DNA of 64,000 bases, taken from Corallochytrium limacisporum Hawaii. Lineage: Eukaryota > Protista > Pluriformea. Under the pieces are notes generated by a model that saw nothing but the letters and a program-made list of their open reading frames with translations, did not search any database and was not told the origin of the DNA. The position numbers and the translations under genes were made by a program. This document shows, one piece after another, positions 31,097-43,010 of the stretch. The DNA lies in the NCBI GenBank assembly GCA_002811645.1, contig PDIP01000010.1, positions 62,001-126,000 of the forward strand. Reading direction: 5' to 3'. Every line of letters starts with the position of its first letter. The first letter of the stretch is position 1.

Positions 31097-33662
31097 GAGC
31101 TGCAACTGAGCGGGCAGAGACCAAAGAAGCAGGGGTCTGTAGGGATTTTAGTCTTCGGTCCTCTTAGAGTTCGTAAGGCACTCTTCGTTGTGGGTTTCTG
31201 CTTTGTTTGCACATCATCCTTTATATGTCGATATGTGCTGTGGAGTCACCAACGTCTGCCCCTCCGAGGGGCTAGAAGGTGTTTGAAACAGACACTGACA
31301 CCGAGGCGTCACTCGCAACCTCGCAACTGCGCCGTGCAGGCTGCTTACCAACACGTATTATGCTCGCGGGCGTCACATCCATCATCACTTTACTCTAAGG
31401 CACATTGTTTATCCAATACATCCAAAACATAACGTTTTACTTTATTAGATTGAGCGTCTAACCTTTGCCAGAATTCCTTCGCCAGCTGTCTTAAATGTGA
31501 TCACTGGCCAATATTTGCTACGCCTCTACGGCTGTAGTAGGACGACCTCCTATTTGCGGACTGTGATGGGAAGTAGAGATGCAACTGTACAGAACAGGAT
31601 GGACCGACGCAGTGGCGGTAGGTATCCCCAGACTTCTTTCTTCCGTGCAACGCAACATCAAACATCCTAATACCGACATCCAAACGGCCCTAGTCCTCCG
31701 TCCGTACGCTTTTGTTGCCCGGTAAGATTTGACAATTCTACGGCCTGCAATCGAAGCCATCCATCTTGGTTGGACGTCGCTGGGTGCGCACCTTTAGAGC
31801 GACAATTTTGCCAATAAAGAACACGAATGGTTGTGCTACGATTCTATATTGCGTTGCATTCCGTTGTGGACCGCATTGGGAGCATCGCAACATGAAACAC
31901 CATGCACATGCACAGTTCTTCCCCAACAGGTTCCTCTCGGCTACAAGACCTTTCCCCTTTCCCCCATTGCAGGATGTGAACAGGTAACCACCACTATGGA
32001 GTGGTAACGGAGGCTGCTCGACACCACCACCTGGTTCTACATACTCAAACACTCAATGCCCGGACATCCCCCTCATGAATGCAAGGAATTCCTTTCACTC
32101 TAGAGATGGCGACGCAGATCGGCGATGGCGAGCCATAGCACCTAAGGCGGAGGATGCTTGCGCATTTGCAAGTGTCGAAACGGAGAGACCCCCGGTTCGC
32201 CACCCTTTTGCCGCCTGCCCCTTTTCCCCTCCCCTCCTTTACCGGTTCCCGTTATTTACCGGCACCCCCATGAGCAGTTCAATTGCTAAATTTGGCTCAG
32301 GTTGCTCATCAGTGACACCTAACCATCCTAGGAACTCGAGGAAAGGCCCAACCGGGAGGGAGGGGGTATTAACTTTCATCGCTTCGTCGTCGTTCGTTGG
32401 TCGTAGTTGTCTGTCGGCGTCTGCGTCCGCCGCTGCGCAGCTCAGCGTTCGTGCGATGTGATTTCGGTACGTCCCACAGTCTCGGCAGTTCGAGGAAGCA
32501 GTCAACTCTGGGTGCGGTCCTGATGTGGCTGGGTGGTGGCTACGGGTTCCGCTTGCTTTCTCGTCGCGTTCTTTGGATTTGATAAGACGGAAGAAATCCA
32601 GCTGATCACGGAGCAAGGCTCCTTGCTGTTGCAAACCAAGAACGAATTCCAAGGGAAGGATTACCAGGTATTGTGGACCACAACTGGAATCCCCAGACCT
32701 GAAGACACAGGGGCATCCACGGGTACTCTTACACGCATGCGGAAACATGCAAGCGGGGATCTTGATTTGCAGGGTGCGTGTGGGGTAACTACATGTCCAA
32801 CCCACGATTACATCACTAATACTCCCCAGCCCACTTGTTTCAGTCGTATCTCAGTGTGATAATTCTCATCTTCGGTGTGTATTCTCATCTTCTGTGTGTA
32901 TAAGTACAATCGTCATGCAGATACAGAGTTGTACCCGATAAGGTACTCAATGTACGCGTCAGAATTTCCGAACATTTCTAACAGTGCTATTTATCCCAAA
33001 TATCCTCCCACTCTCGTTCTCCTCTCAGTTGTAGGTCTTTTCGCGCCTTACCTTTGCTTCTGAACGAGATTATAATATACTCCGCAATTCCCTGCCCGAA
33101 ACGTAGGTGGGTACGTTGGCTGGTTTGAATTAAGTTTGACTGAATCAATAATTAAGCTTGCCAGAAAAATCAATATATTATCAATACCGTTCACCGGGGG
33201 GGGGGGTGTTCCTGTACAGTACATTCACTATAACGCATTGGGATTCTCTGCCGAGCGGGGCGTTTTAAGCGATGTTCGAGCACACTGCTGTCACCTCCCT
33301 GCCCCCCCCCTCCTCCCCCCCCCACGGGGGCTCCCCCTATGGCACACACCCGCAGACGGGCGGTCCGCTTCCGTCACGGCTTTGGCAGCTGAGTGGGCGC
33401 CTGGTAGGACGACAATGTGAGGAGGCAGCTTGTAGTGTGTACGGCGAGTTGCTGTGAGTCTCGTGTTGCCTGTCGAATTCTCCTAACCTCCCCCCGCAGC
33501 GTGTGTGCCGGTTGAGCAATTCGCTCAGACACCCATTCTCCTTTTTTAATCAGATTTGTTTGAAATATTGGCTAGCTATACAGGACAAGACATTTCATCA
33601 CTTGAAGCAAGGCTGTATTCAGCGTACACATCATTGAGACAATATTTTCCAATTCAATAGAC

Positions 33663-34136
33663 ATGTTTCGGTTATTGGGACAACGCGTGGCCGCCTCAAA
33701 GACGCGGGTAGTAGTCCAGCGAGGTTGTGTCGCTACCCAACGCGCATCAAGACAGGCATCGACGACGGCTTCCGGAAGACGATTGCCTGGAAATATTCCC
33801 AGTGGTGAGGAGGCTATGCGCATTCAGCAGGAGACTATTTCAAAGCTTCAGGCCCAACGGGATGCTGCTCTGAAGGCTGCTTCTGAGAAGCCGATCGATA
33901 CTCTCACGAAGCTGCAACGTGGATTCGTGGTCTTTGCCCTTGGTGTCACCTTCCTTTGGAGCATTCAACTAGGTCGGGATTACCTGGCATTCCATGAACA
34001 CAACTACAGCCTGGCAGCCGCGGCACTGAAGGAACATGAGGAGGCTGAACAGAAAGCACGGGAACGTAAAGACATTGAGACTCAGGCCTTCGCTAAACTG
34101 GTAGAGCAAGAGGCCGCTGAAGCCAGGGGTAACTAG
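33663..34136 (+). CDS. Hypothetical mitochondrial single-pass membrane protein
   Basis: Arg-rich, acid-free N-terminus (MFRLLGQRVAASKTR...), one TM segment (GFVVFALGVTFLWSI), coiled-coil tail; convergent with RBM19. Confidence 0.75.
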   Translation: MFRLLGQRVAASKTRVVVQRGCVATQRASRQASTTASGRRLPGNIPSGEEAMRIQQETISKLQAQRDAALKAASEKPIDTLTKLQRGFVVFALGVTFLWSIQLGRDYLAFHEHNYSLAAAALKEHEEAEQKARERKDIETQAFAKLVEQEAAEARGN

Positions 34137-34257
34137 ATGATTTCTCCCTCATCCCTGTATGTATTTTGCCGACATTACGTCACTTAAAGAAATATCATTG
34201 TTACGATCGTACTCATTTTTGGTTCTACATTTCGTTCTAAGCTAGTTTCAACGCCAG

Positions 34258-36717
34258 CTAGGGATCTTTGTGATCATCAGCGTCATCGTCGTCGTTCGAG
34301 CGTGCCATGAGACCACCCTCTTCGATCACCTGTCGGGCACGCTTACGATCTTGCGCGCTGGTACCACTACCACTGGTCCGATAGTGCTTTCGGGTGTCCT
34401 TTCGTAGATCATCCACAGACTTCTCCTCTTTCGCCCATTCGATAACCATATGCCTTCCGTAAAAATGGGTGTTGAACAGGCTGTCATGGGCATACTTCGC
34501 ATCTTCCTTGCTTACAAAGTCAGCAAAAGCAAATCCCTTGTGGGATCCGTCCATTTTCTTAGGCAGCCGGAGGGACTTGAGCTGACCAAAAGCACCGATG
34601 AGTTTCATCAGATCCCTGTGCGTAGCCTCAAAGGGAACGTTGCGAATGAGCAGCTTGGTGCCATTGGTCAGGCCCTCGTCCCCGGGGTCTGAATCCACAC
34701 CAGCCTTCTGGATGACGGACTTGGTAGTTCGATGGCTAAGCTTGAGCTCCAAAGCGTGGCCATCCAGCTTGGATCCTTGCATGCGCTTCAGACACTCGTG
34801 GGCATCTGCTTCGTTGCGAAGAGTCACAAAACCATAGCCCATACTCAGACTCATCTGTTTCGCTTTGTCGAACTTCATCGCTACGTGAGCGTTCACAACG
34901 GGGCACGCTTGCTCCATGTGTATTCGAAGAGCATCATCATGGGTGTTGAAGTTCAGGTTCTTGACAAACAAAGTGGCCTTTACGTCCTGATCAGTCTCTT
35001 GCAAATTGGATACGGCTGCTGAAGACGCTTTCTTGCTAGTGTCTTGTTTGGTCTTGGATCCCTTGCCTGAGTGCATGGTGTCCTTCTCACTCCATAACTT
35101 GATCGGAGCCCATTCCAGGTACAGCGGTACACTTCGGAACTTCTTGTAGGCCACACTGCGGAACGCTTTGCGAGCCTCGCTAGGTTCATGGTACTCGATA
35201 ATGGCAATTGTCTTAGTAGGCGGTACCACGAGGCGCTTCAGGGATCCGTGGGCCTCAAACATTTCCTTCATTTCCTCATCCTTCACTTCAAAAGGCAGGT
35301 TTTTCACAAGGAACGTGGTCTTGCTACGCTCCTTGACATTGTTATGGAAGGTGTCCACGCTCACACCGTTCGCAACCAGAAAGTCCTTGGTCTGTTGAAT
35401 GATCTTTGTTTCACTCAAAGCCACACGGACGGCAACATCCGCCTGCTCTGGGTTGAGAATATCTCGCTTGTCGACTCCCATCTGGGACGCCACAGCGCTC
35501 GCAACCGTGTCTGTACGCATAAACAAAGTATTCCAGTTGAATCCCTGCCCAGCCTCCGCTTTCCTCTTCGCTGCGAGCTGCTTTTTATAGCTGCTGCCTT
35601 CCTTGGCAATTGATGCATCGTACCCTGTATCCTCCTTCTTTGGTGCCGCAGGCAAAATGTGAAGAATACGACCCTGGAAGATTGTGCCATCAAGCGCCTC
35701 ATAAGCTGCAACGGCATGCTCAGGCATGACGTAAGTGACATAGGCAATTCCCTTGGACTTCTTGGTGCTAAAATCAATGGGCATGTGAACCTCTGCGACA
35801 GGCCCATACTGCTTGAACTGTGCCTCCAAGTCGCCTTCTTTGCAGCCGTAGCTAAGATTGCGGAGGAAAAGACGCCCGTGGTCAACTAGTTCTTCTTCGT
35901 CTCCAACGTGCTTGCGGGACTGCTCTACGGGTGTGTCCTCGTCAGGGTCGCCTTCTATTGCCGCGTGTTCCTCCTCGTTATCGTTGAATCCTTCTGCCGC
36001 CGCGGGCTCAGTTCTTGATGGGTGTTCCGCCGGTTTCAGTCCCGATTTTTTTCGAAGATAGGCCATATCATCCAGGTTCTGATCAGTGGCAACCTCTGGG
36101 GCTTGCTGAGCCTGCCTGCTATCGTCGGCCTCTTCGTTGTCTTCGTCCTTTGTTGTCCCTGTGTTCTCGGGCACGACATCATCATTCACCCAAGCCAGGC
36201 GCGAAGTCTTGCTGGCATGAAGATCCAGGAATTCTTTTAGCTTGGGATCATTCTCTGCCTGTCTCAGCTGCTTTTCCAGGTCTGTCATTCCCCTGGCAGA
36301 GTCCTTGTAGTCCTTTGTGGCCTGTTCCTGCTCAATCTTTTCACCTCGCTGTTCCCGGGCATTCTTCTCCTCTAGGTAGCGGTCATGTGCTGAGGAACCT
36401 TTTGAATATTTACTCCAAGGCTTGGCCATTGCATTACTCTTCATTGGCTGTGCAAATTCCACCTCTAATCTTGCAGTGTCCATGAAAGTTTTGTTAAAAT
36501 AACGGATAGCCTCTGCTGCGTGATCTATTGATTTGAAGCCTATGAAGGCGAACCTGCGACTACGACCGTCCCGTGTTCGCATGATCTTACAGTCTGTAAT
36601 ACTTCCACCGTTTTTGGAGAATTCTTCCCGTACCCTATTTTCCTCAACGTACGGGGGCAAATTTCGCACAATGATTCGCGTGCTAGGAGCCACCGCTCCA
36701 GTGTCATTCCGAGACAT
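34258..36717 (-). CDS. RBM19: Multiple-RRM ribosome biogenesis factor Mrd1/RBM19
   Basis: RIIVRNLP...RSRRFAFIGF, PWSKYS, WNTLFM, AVRVALSET, five RRMs, THFYGRHMVIEWA. First ATG is at 36717. Confidence 0.95.
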   Translation of the reverse strand: MSRNDTGAVAPSTRIIVRNLPPYVEENRVREEFSKNGGSITDCKIMRTRDGRSRRFAFIGFKSIDHAAEAIRYFNKTFMDTARLEVEFAQPMKSNAMAKPWSKYSKGSSAHDRYLEEKNAREQRGEKIEQEQATKDYKDSARGMTDLEKQLRQAENDPKLKEFLDLHASKTSRLAWVNDDVVPENTGTTKDEDNEEADDSRQAQQAPEVATDQNLDDMAYLRKKSGLKPAEHPSRTEPAAAEGFNDNEEEHAAIEGDPDEDTPVEQSRKHVGDEEELVDHGRLFLRNLSYGCKEGDLEAQFKQYGPVAEVHMPIDFSTKKSKGIAYVTYVMPEHAVAAYEALDGTIFQGRILHILPAAPKKEDTGYDASIAKEGSSYKKQLAAKRKAEAGQGFNWNTLFMRTDTVASAVASQMGVDKRDILNPEQADVAVRVALSETKIIQQTKDFLVANGVSVDTFHNNVKERSKTTFLVKNLPFEVKDEEMKEMFEAHGSLKRLVVPPTKTIAIIEYHEPSEARKAFRSVAYKKFRSVPLYLEWAPIKLWSEKDTMHSGKGSKTKQDTSKKASSAAVSNLQETDQDVKATLFVKNLNFNTHDDALRIHMEQACPVVNAHVAMKFDKAKQMSLSMGYGFVTLRNEADAHECLKRMQGSKLDGHALELKLSHRTTKSVIQKAGVDSDPGDEGLTNGTKLLIRNVPFEATHRDLMKLIGAFGQLKSLRLPKKMDGSHKGFAFADFVSKEDAKYAHDSLFNTHFYGRHMVIEWAKEEKSVDDLRKDTRKHYRTSGSGTSAQDRKRARQVIEEGGLMARSNDDDDADDHKDP

Positions 36718-37115
36718 AGTATCAACCTTGCTGTCACACCTAACCACTACCGTGCCACCGTGTACTCAGCACACTTTTGACAGTAAGGATAGAATACTAC
36801 TCAATGGCTTCAATTACCATTAACACACTGATGTGTCATTCTGACATACCTGAAGTGTTTTATCGAGCAACCAAAACCCAAACCTCGCAGAGAGTCCCAA
36901 TGCCCTTACCTCGCTGCAAGAAATCCACGCGGGTCTCAGGCGGGTTCCCGCTCCGCCTCCCCCGTCTCCCACAAGTTCGGTGGGGATGGGGCAAGGGGGG
37001 CGGGAGAGCAAATGTCGGTCGCTCATTCGATCCAAGGTACGGTCTATTCTAAGTGATACTACTGTTTACTATGGTACATGTGCAAGGAGCATGTAGGTAC
37101 ACTCCTTGTGTCGTT

Positions 37116-38582
37116 TCAGACGTTACATACAGGATAGCGTCCAGGATCAAAGTCGAAAACACTTATGGTCTTGTCGAAGGAGGAAGTCACTAGCAAAGCT
37201 CCGGCAACATCAATGCAAGTAATCGCACGCCGGTGAGGAGTCTTGTATGCGGCTAAGCAGTTTCCGGTGCTGGTGTCCCAGTAGCGAACGTGGCGATCAA
37301 ATCCAGCAGAGAGCAGGAAAGTGCCTGAGTCATCCGTAAGAACAACTTTCCAAATTTCACCGGTGTGACCAACCATCTGCCTAATTTCCACACCATCATG
37401 ACGATTCCAAAGACGCAAAGTTGTATCTTGTGAAGCAGTGATGAAGTACTTGTCCGTCATCTTCACATCACGGATACCACTGGCATGGCCCTCTAGGCGG
37501 TGTACAATAGTGTAGTCTGACCAAGACCAGACAATAGCCGTGGAATCAAAAGAACCGCTGATGATCTGACGGTCATCATACGTCACCGCAATCACATAGT
37601 CTGAGTGTCCTTGGAGGACAGCCGTGGCCAATCCGGTTTTCACATCCCAGACGCGGAGGTTAAAGTCACAACCACCACTAACAATGGGCCGTTCTCCTTG
37701 CCAGTATACGCAAGTCACTTCAGCTTGATGTCCCTTGAGTACTACCTTTGTCTCGGCCTTCTTGAAATCCCAAACCCGCAACGTACGGTCAGACGAGCCA
37801 GTGACGAGGTATGGATAGTTGAACTGCAAACAGCACACACCACCGTCGTGTCCCTGAAATGTACGAATACATTGCTTTTTCTTAATGTCCCAGAGCCGTA
37901 CGCTGTGATCGAATGCACCGCTCAGCAGGCGACGATGGTCAAGCAATTCCACACAAAAAACAGATTTGGTATGTCCGCTGAGCGCCAGGTGCTTGTACTT
38001 CCCCTCCAACCAGTTCCTATGTAATTGTAGGTACCTGCCATAGATCTCTTTGTAGTGATAGTCATGGTCCATGTCACTCAAGTGGTCAATGTCCATCTTG
38101 GCTAGACTTTGTTGTCTCCGATTGGGTACCATCAAGGTATGCCGTTTGGTATGTGGAGCCGTTCGTTCTTTCTCCTCGCCAGCCAACTCCACAACATTGT
38201 CTGTATAGTCCTGGAGGGGCAGTCCCACGGCTCGTAGTTGACCTTCCCAAATACTGTCAGTGTCTGCACGCTTGTGCCATGTCTTTGATACTGCCGAGAC
38301 AGCACATAACGTCTTGAAGTCGAGGCGCGAGAGAATGTTTGTAACCAGCTCTTGTGGAAGATCCTTTATGAAATCCCGTTTCAGCGACTCTTCCAAGGTT
38401 GCATACAAAATGTTATGCTGCTTACTCGACAGGCAAGGTATGAGCGTCTTGAGAAAGCTGTTTTGGTCCTTTTCTGACAAAAGACAAAAGTCTGTGGCGA
38501 GCCTCTCGATCGTCGGCTCATGGTCCGTGTCCATGGCGGTCCCCGCCTGTCCGCTTTGCGGGGTAGTGTTATGTGTTATCAT
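37116..38582 (-). CDS. F-box/WD40-repeat protein (Cdc4/Met30/beta-TrCP-like)
   Basis: RDFIKDLPQELVTNILSRLD F-box preceded by a D-domain-like helix; seven GH...WD repeats. Alternative start at 38534. Confidence 0.92.
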   Translation of the reverse strand: MITHNTTPQSGQAGTAMDTDHEPTIERLATDFCLLSEKDQNSFLKTLIPCLSSKQHNILYATLEESLKRDFIKDLPQELVTNILSRLDFKTLCAVSAVSKTWHKRADTDSIWEGQLRAVGLPLQDYTDNVVELAGEEKERTAPHTKRHTLMVPNRRQQSLAKMDIDHLSDMDHDYHYKEIYGRYLQLHRNWLEGKYKHLALSGHTKSVFCVELLDHRRLLSGAFDHSVRLWDIKKKQCIRTFQGHDGGVCCLQFNYPYLVTGSSDRTLRVWDFKKAETKVVLKGHQAEVTCVYWQGERPIVSGGCDFNLRVWDVKTGLATAVLQGHSDYVIAVTYDDRQIISGSFDSTAIVWSWSDYTIVHRLEGHASGIRDVKMTDKYFITASQDTTLRLWNRHDGVEIRQMVGHTGEIWKVVLTDDSGTFLLSAGFDRHVRYWDTSTGNCLAAYKTPHRRAITCIDVAGALLVTSSFDKTISVFDFDPGRYPVCNV

Positions 38583-39169
38583 TTAGTCAAGAACGCCATT
38601 ACTGTCAAGTTTTCAATGCCTCTTTAGTCTTGCATCATTGCCAACGATATTTCACACACCTCTATGTCTTTCCCTTTGACATACCACGACGACACATACA
38701 TGTCTGTCTGTGACCCCGTCCGCGGCCCTCAACTGTGTGACCCCCGGCCGCAATGGGAACGACAAGATTGCTTTAGCTAGGAACCGGCGCAACTTACACA
38801 GGATGTGTGTCATACTGCACGGGTTTCCCCTTGGATTGGAAAACAGCTGGGAAAAATTACTGTTTTCGGAGGTAAGAAAAGCGGCCCCCGTCTCGGCGCG
38901 CGAAAGTGGCCCACCGGGCCGAAGAGGAGGGCGATACATGTCAACCTACTGGCACTCGACATGAGTTTACCAGATGCTTCCTGCAAACGATTAATGTTCT
39001 TGAATTCGTCGGCTGTGGAGCTGAATCGGATAAGGGAGCAGGGAACCACGTTATGGGCAGGTAGTCAACTGGGTATTCGGGATAGAACTCTCCGGAGACA
39101 TGATAAGTGAGATTTCGAAGCTGGTTGCAAGTTTGTGGATATGAATACTATTCCACTGGATCAAGAAGA

Positions 39170-39376
39170 ATGACAGACGAGAGCACTGGTACCGCTGTGA
39201 CAGGGGAGGAACAGCAGATGTTCGAAACACTCTTTGAAATATCACAGCTTCTCAACACCGGCATGGACCGAGAGCTGCTGTCAACTTGTACACAATTGAT
39301 CGACACGGGTGTGAACCCTGAGGCGCTGGCTGCCGTCATCAAGGAGATTCGCCGGGAAGTCAATCATCTTGAATAA
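39170..39376 (+). CDS. MZT1: Mitotic spindle organizing protein 1 (MOZART1)
   Basis: ETLFEISQLLNTGMDRELLSTCTQLIDTGVNPEALAAVIKEIRRE; ATG at 39170. Confidence 0.93.
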   Translation: MTDESTGTAVTGEEQQMFETLFEISQLLNTGMDRELLSTCTQLIDTGVNPEALAAVIKEIRREVNHLE

Positions 39377-39508
39377 AATGTGTGAAAACTCGAAAAAGTG
39401 CACTTCCATATAGTATGTATGTTCATGTTTCTTTATTCTCTCTATCGGTCGCTATTTATGAAATACAGCTACCCATTTTTGGCATCAGGAATACGGCTCA
39501 TCCACTCA

Positions 39509-39943
39509 CTAGAACCGGGTACGGCGACGACCACCTCCCATCTCTGCAAGAGTTGGAGCAACCGCCTCTCGTCGCACGGGCTTTGTCAAGTTCTTCATAT
39601 AAGTCCTGTGCAAGCAGTTTATCCGCCGTGTCAGTGGTTCGGCCCTCGGTTCTATCTTTGCTACTGTCTTCTTCAACAACAATGGGTTGAATTTCATGAA
39701 ACTGTTCACTTCGAACATCAGTTGTGGTGAACCATGCATATGCAACAAAATGTAACGACCCCGAACGTTCCTACCCTCTGTGTGGCGCATGGGGAATGGC
39801 AATGCTCGGACTCCCATATGTTCGATTGCCTGAACTGCTCCTCCGTTGTTGGAAACAACATTGCAAACGGTATCGAGGAAACGACCAATTGCTGCCGGCC
39901 GTGCTAGGGGCCTAAAAATCAAGGAAAACTCGTACAGCACCAT
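39509..39943 (-). CDS. MRPS6: Mitochondrial ribosomal protein S6 (bS6m)
   Basis: MVLYEFSLI..., NNGGAVQAIEHMGVRALPFPM, GRY motif; ATG at 39943. Confidence 0.8.
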   Translation of the reverse strand: MVLYEFSLIFRPLARPAAIGRFLDTVCNVVSNNGGAVQAIEHMGVRALPFPMRHTEGRNVRGRYILLHMHGSPQLMFEVNSFMKFNPLLLKKTVAKIEPRAEPLTRRINCLHRTYMKNLTKPVRREAVAPTLAEMGGGRRRTRF

Positions 39944-40703
39944 GATTACAGTTTCTAATACCCTAGCTACTGATTTCAGCCTGTCTGAGATTGCCACGCA
40001 CTTAGTCCTATGGTCGCATTTATAGCATTACACAGCCAAAGTTTCATAACTAAAAACCTGACACTAGGCACAGCTGGGAACTTTTTGATATGCATTATTT
40101 GCGTTCTGCAGTAGATCTTACGAATCCCTCGTTCCGACCCATCTTGCACGCAAGTTGTAAGCGAAATGCTCTTGTCCTGCACTTCGCGGTCGCCCTGGTG
40201 GCTGGTCAGATGGCAGTGCGCTCCCATAGCCCGTGCGTGGTCGGTCACATGCCCTCCCCTCTGGTCCAGTGCTCTCAGTACTCCTATACCCCCCCCCCTT
40301 CGATAAGCCCGGGCCGTCTTTACCCATACAGAAGTCCGACTGTTTATTTTCCTTCCTTGATGGTTGTTGGCAAAAACGTAAGAGATAAGCCGAAGCAAAG
40401 TAGGGGGTCCGGGGTGTCGGGGGGAAGGATTCTTAGAAAGTTTCTAGGCAAAGTGGGCGCTCAAACCCATATTGAGAGGGCACTAGTCCGATTGACGGGA
40501 GTAAACTCTAAACATACATCGAGTAGTCAAGGTATGTGGGACAGCACTGAATGAGACACGAGTACAGGAAGAGTACCAATTAACAGCGAATAGTCTAGTC
40601 TACCGGCGTTATGTTGCGAAATACTGTGAACCAGGGCAATCTAAATAGATAGGTCGTGTACCGACCATGTAGACAGTTCATTGCTGTCTTAAAAACATCG
40701 AAT

Positions 40704-41726
40704 ATGGAGCACCAGCTTGGATATCAGTTTCACAGCGCAATCTACGCACTGAGCTGGTCTCAGCGGCGGGATCCCACCCACCCGCATTTGGCAGCTGCCT
40801 CGTTTCGGGAAGGAATGGAAAATACACTCTCATTCTTGACCTTGACCAACGGTGGTCAAGGGACACACATACAACACCACACAGACCTCAAAATTACATA
40901 TCCACCGACGCAATTACAATGGGCACCACAGACCAGTACATCAAGCCGGGACATGATCGCAGCCACTACTGATAAAGTACGGTTCTATCAAGAGAATGAA
41001 GACGGCAGTATTAGTCATGCCTTCGACCTTCCACCAGCTGCGCCCGACGCAAAATCAGGCAAAGGAAGTGAGGAAGAGATGAACTGTCCCCTGACCAGCA
41101 TGGATTGGTGTGATAGTGATCCCAACGTCATTGCCACATCTTGTTTGGATGCAACCTGCACAATTTGGGATCTGAATGAACAAAGAGCGCAGGCCAGGAT
41201 CATTGCACATAGTGACGAAGTCTTCGACGTGTGCTGGTTTCCTGGGGATCGCCATGTATTTTCAACCATAGGTAAAGATGGAAGTGTTCGCATTTTCGAT
41301 CTACGTAACCTGGAGCATTCAACTATCATCTTTGAATCCGATCAGTATCAACCCCTGTGTAGACTGCGTTGGAACAAACAGGACACGAATTATCTGGCTA
41401 CTTTCTCGATGGGTACGAATACGGTCAGTGTGCTGGATCTACGCATGCCGGGCAAGGCGTTCTGTTCCCTCTCTAGTCACAGTCAACCTGTGACTGCAAT
41501 TGCTTGGTCTCCAGTTGCACGGCATCAATTGTGTTCAACAAGTGAGGATCACTCCTGCCTCGTTTGGAACATTTCATACCCGACATCAACTGACGAGCCG
41601 GCGCAGGCCAGTCCAACTCACGAATGGACCCTTGGCGCGCCAGTGCAGAATGTAGCATGGTGTGCAAACAATTCAAACCTGATTGCAGCTGGTGTAGAGA
41701 ATCAGCTGATGATCATCAACATTTGA
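40704..41726 (+). CDS. DCAF7: WD40 protein DCAF7/WDR68/AN11 family
   Basis: YPPTQLQW, CPLTSMDW, TCTIWD, IAHSDEVFDV, DGSVRIFDLRNLEHSTIIFE, RLRWNKQDTNYLATF; ATG at 40704. Confidence 0.93.
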   Translation: MEHQLGYQFHSAIYALSWSQRRDPTHPHLAAASFREGMENTLSFLTLTNGGQGTHIQHHTDLKITYPPTQLQWAPQTSTSSRDMIAATTDKVRFYQENEDGSISHAFDLPPAAPDAKSGKGSEEEMNCPLTSMDWCDSDPNVIATSCLDATCTIWDLNEQRAQARIIAHSDEVFDVCWFPGDRHVFSTIGKDGSVRIFDLRNLEHSTIIFESDQYQPLCRLRWNKQDTNYLATFSMGTNTVSVLDLRMPGKAFCSLSSHSQPVTAIAWSPVARHQLCSTSEDHSCLVWNISYPTSTDEPAQASPTHEWTLGAPVQNVAWCANNSNLIAAGVENQLMIINI

Positions 41727-41831
41727 TGCGACGAATCCTGTTAAAGAAAACGAAGTAGATACCATCGGCATAGTCAACACATCTAAAATGTTACTAGTGT
41801 AGTCCTATATTTAACACACTACCACGTTCTT

Positions 41832-43010
41832 TTAGAGGTTGATCACACGACTGAGTTTCTGAATACGGTTCAGCAGCAGATCACCATCCTTGATGGCAGC
41901 TTGATACTGAGCATTCTTCGAATCCGGTCGAGTGGTCTCAATAATCTCAGCCACCCGGTCAATCTTGCAGTTGATTCGACCAGCAGCAATAAATCGGGAC
42001 AGTTCCTGGTCAAGGAAATGGATAGAAATACCAAATGACATGGCCATACTCTGCATAGTCACACTGTTGTAGGATTCAAGCAATTGGCTGTACGCCTTGA
42101 TACGCATTTCGCGGACATAATACTGGTAGTGTTCGTGGAGATACCTATCGGCGCGCATAAAAGACTCAACCTCCGCAAGCTTGTAGAAGAATTGTGCATA
42201 TTGGCAATAGTATAGGGAGCCAAGATACTCGCGCAGCATCATGTTATCATGCATGACCTCGGCGACTTCTGGAGACTCCACAACCCTCTTTTGAAGAGCA
42301 ACGCGGTCCAGGGCGATCATGCCACACAGCACCGCGTAGAAGACGAACTCCTGATAGGAGCATACCTCTGATGACGTGAATGTAGACAAACTCTCCAAAA
42401 GACACGTTGCCGCCCGATCAAAGCGGCGCACACTCATGCAGAACATACCCTCGTACACCTTTAGGCGGTTGCGATGGTCCCAGTCCCCTCCCTTCTCTAC
42501 TGTTTGCTTGGTCTCATCAATAAGCTTTTCGGTGTATGCCTGATCGCCAAAGAACATTCCCATGCGAAGCTTGAAGAAAGCAATTTGCAGTTTCTTACTG
42601 GTACTGCTGGTCTTTTCCAGGGTTTCAGAGAAAGCCTTCTCCGCGGCCTCCCGGTCACCGATCTTGCAGAGGTACTCGGCGCGTTCTTGCATAAGGTCAC
42701 GAACGTCAACGTCTCCGAGGTTCTCTTCTGCATCTTTCAACTTTTCTGCAAATTCGTCCAATTTTTTCTGGTTAACAGCCTTCAGTGCTGTAAGGATCTC
42801 AGGCTTGACCTCCCAGCCGAATTCCTTGCCGAGTTCTTCATAGAAAGGTGCCATCTCATTCTGCTGGATCAAAGCCAGAAGGTCTTCTTTGGCCTGCTTC
42901 TTGTTAATGTCTAGTCCCTTGCAAGTGTCATCTCGGCACAGAAAAACCAGCTGTGCAATGCGCAGATCAGGCACGCGGGGAAGTCCGTCGTCTTCTACTG
43001 TTCCCGACAT
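41832..43010 (-). CDS. PSMD6: 26S proteasome regulatory subunit Rpn7 (PSMD6)
   Basis: MAPFY, GGDWDHRNRLKVYEG, YYVREMR, CKIDRV, RPDSKN, GDLLLNRIQKLSRVINL. Upstream in-frame ATG at 43064 is also possible. Confidence 0.96.
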   Translation of the reverse strand: MSGTVEDDGLPRVPDLRIAQLVFLCRDDTCKGLDINKKQAKEDLLALIQQNEMAPFYEELGKEFGWEVKPEILTALKAVNQKKLDEFAEKLKDAEENLGDVDVRDLMQERAEYLCKIGDREAAEKAFSETLEKTSSTSKKLQIAFFKLRMGMFFGDQAYTEKLIDETKQTVEKGGDWDHRNRLKVYEGMFCMSVRRFDRAATCLLESLSTFTSSEVCSYQEFVFYAVLCGMIALDRVALQKRVVESPEVAEVMHDNMMLREYLGSLYYCQYAQFFYKLAEVESFMRADRYLHEHYQYYVREMRIKAYSQLLESYNSVTMQSMAMSFGISIHFLDQELSRFIAAGRINCKIDRVAEIIETTRPDSKNAQYQAAIKDGDLLLNRIQKLSRVINL

